From positions 124,001 through 160,233 of the forward strand of contig ML992505.1 of the NCBI GenBank assembly GCA_010093995.1: a DNA stretch of 36,233 nt, written 5' to 3'. Below are positions 34,541-36,233 of this stretch, piece by piece; within the stretch, counting starts at the first letter, position 1; each line of letters begins with the position of its first letter. The translations under genes were made by a program, and so were the position numbers. Under the pieces are notes generated by a model. That model was given only the letters and a program-made list of their open reading frames with translations. It did not search any database and was not told the DNA's origin. This DNA comes from Elsinoe ampelina. Lineage: Eukaryota.

Positions 34541-35049
34541 ATCAGTTGAGGGTAGAAGCCGTCCTAGACCAACATCAATCTGATTGCAGACGCGGTCCAG
34601 TATATCTGAGATGCAGCAGATGATCCATCTCGGAGGCCCGGACGCGGTGACTTTCTCCACAGATGGAGTCAGTCAATGTGGCTAAGAATGATGGCATCGA
34701 TGTCATGGCACAGTCTCCAATTCCGTGTGAGGTGCTGACAGCGGAGACGGCCTAGCCAATGTTGACCGTTTCAGCCACGGTGCGCCTCTGACTGAGCATT
34801 TCCAGCATCATGGAGAGCTCAAGATTGAAGGATGGGGAGAAGATCAGCAATGCAAACGGTCTGGAAGCCATCGTTCCCCCTTCGCGTCAGATAGGCTTCA
34901 CGAAATCGGACGTGGGCCCCAGTCTTCGGGTGCGGCGACGTGTGTTTTTGGGTTTTGGATCGACAGCGGCATTGGCGATCGTTTTGTTGTAACTGGCAAA
35001 TCGGATCGAGAGACGTGTATTTCATTCAGAGAGTTACAATAACCGATTT

Positions 35050-36233
35050 ATCGACTATGTATGTGCTAACTTATTAGTACTAGTTCTTTAGTACTAGAGA
35101 AGCTATACTAGCCTTCTATTATAACACTTCCTCTCTAGTATAGATTATTAAAGCTAAAGAACTATCCTATTACATATAAGTAAAGTAATTAGCTTATTAC
35201 TTTATCTCTTTATAATTGCTTATAATTGTTAGTATTAGCTAATTATTAGTAAGAATTTACTATTAGTTTAGCTTATAATTGCTAGTAATAATAGTAACTA
35301 TTAATAATAGCTAGGTAGCTATTATTTATATAAATAGACTAGCTTATAAGTCTTAATTAAAGAGATATAAGTATCTAACTAGCCTCTTTATAATTTCTCC
35401 TTTCTTTATTATACTTATAGTAGTAGCCTTTTCTTTTATATAACACTTTTACCTTCTTACTATACTATATTAATAATACTTATAATATAAGTACTATAGT
35501 ATAGTAATAGCTAGGTATTAGTAGTATTACTACTAGTGCTAGTACTCTAAGTAGTCTACTAGGTAGCAGAGGTAGTAGTAAGAAGAGAAATTCTCTATTA
35601 AGGTTACCTAGTACTTCTAATATTAATTATAATACTACTATAAGACTAATTACTTATCTTAATACTCTTAGTAAGTAGCTATAAAGCATTAATAGTATAA
35701 GCTAACATTAATAGCCTAATTAACTTAGACTTTGACTTAATAGTTAGCCGACATAATCTAGAATACTCTCCTTAGGCTTAGGATAATTAGTTATTATAAC
35801 TATACTAACTTATATCCTATCTAGAGGTCTATAGTAGTCTAAGCCTTTAGTACCTATAGTATACACCTAGTAGTTACTAATCCTATTCTAGTTAAAGATC
35901 TAACTAAGTAAGTTAACCTTACTAGATCTACTAACTACTCTACTACTTTAATAGCTTCTAGTACTACTAGTAGAGTAGTCTACTATAGTACTAATCGCTA
36001 TACTAAGTGTTAGAGATCTAACCCTAGTAATAATTAAAGCAAGAGTAGGGGTAGTAAGTTTAGTAAGTATATTACTTTACCTAGTTAGCTTAATAAGGCC
36101 TATACTTGCTATACTTATAGCAACTAATATGCTAGATATTCCTTAGCTAACTATACTCTAACTCTAAGGCCTATTAGCTCTCCTAAACCTATAAGGACTC
36201 TAAGTAGCTTAAGAGTTATTACCTAGCCTATTC
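35050..36233. repeat. AT-rich RIP-mutated repeat, probably a transposon relic (class not identifiable)
   Basis: Abrupt switch to AT-rich sequence dense in TpA (TAG/CTA/TAA/TAT), with CpA/TpG almost absent. The ORF track lists nothing beyond 35025. Confidence 0.88.

Noticed and set aside
35050..36233. Assigning the RIP block to a transposon class, telomere or tandem/CRISPR-like array
   Set aside because: No legible protein motif, terminal repeat, TTAGGG array or regular periodicity; the apparent repetitiveness comes from TpA saturation.

Overview
Intron-containing DNA from a filamentous ascomycete (a Dothideomycete origin is my inference), in three zones. (1) About 1-25.6 kb is a housekeeping block: the 5' end of a probable arginyl-tRNA synthetase, a GT90/CAP10 glycosyltransferase, an LMW protein-tyrosine phosphatase, an ALDH3-type aldehyde dehydrogenase, a class I chitin synthase, a 14-knuckle CCHC protein, a frameshifted low-complexity gene, phospholipase D1 and a divergent neutral trehalase. 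It also holds a 4-exon, 77-aa Cys-rich membrane micro-protein gene (14865-15240, minus) that the ORF track does not assemble. (2) About 26-33.2 kb is a compact candidate tryptophan/kynurenine-type cluster: Zn2Cys6 regulator, amino-acid permease, uncharacterised Fe(II)/2OG dioxygenase, kynurenine-aminotransferase-like gene and IDO-gamma-like gene. The last two survive only as 3' halves fused head-to-head at about 32609, which implies one deletion of both 5' ends and their shared promoter. (3) A hypothetical 3-exon gene, then an AT-rich, TpA-saturated RIP-mutated repeat from about 35.05 kb to the window end. Exon/intron models were built by hand; family assignments rest on recalled motifs, with no database search run.
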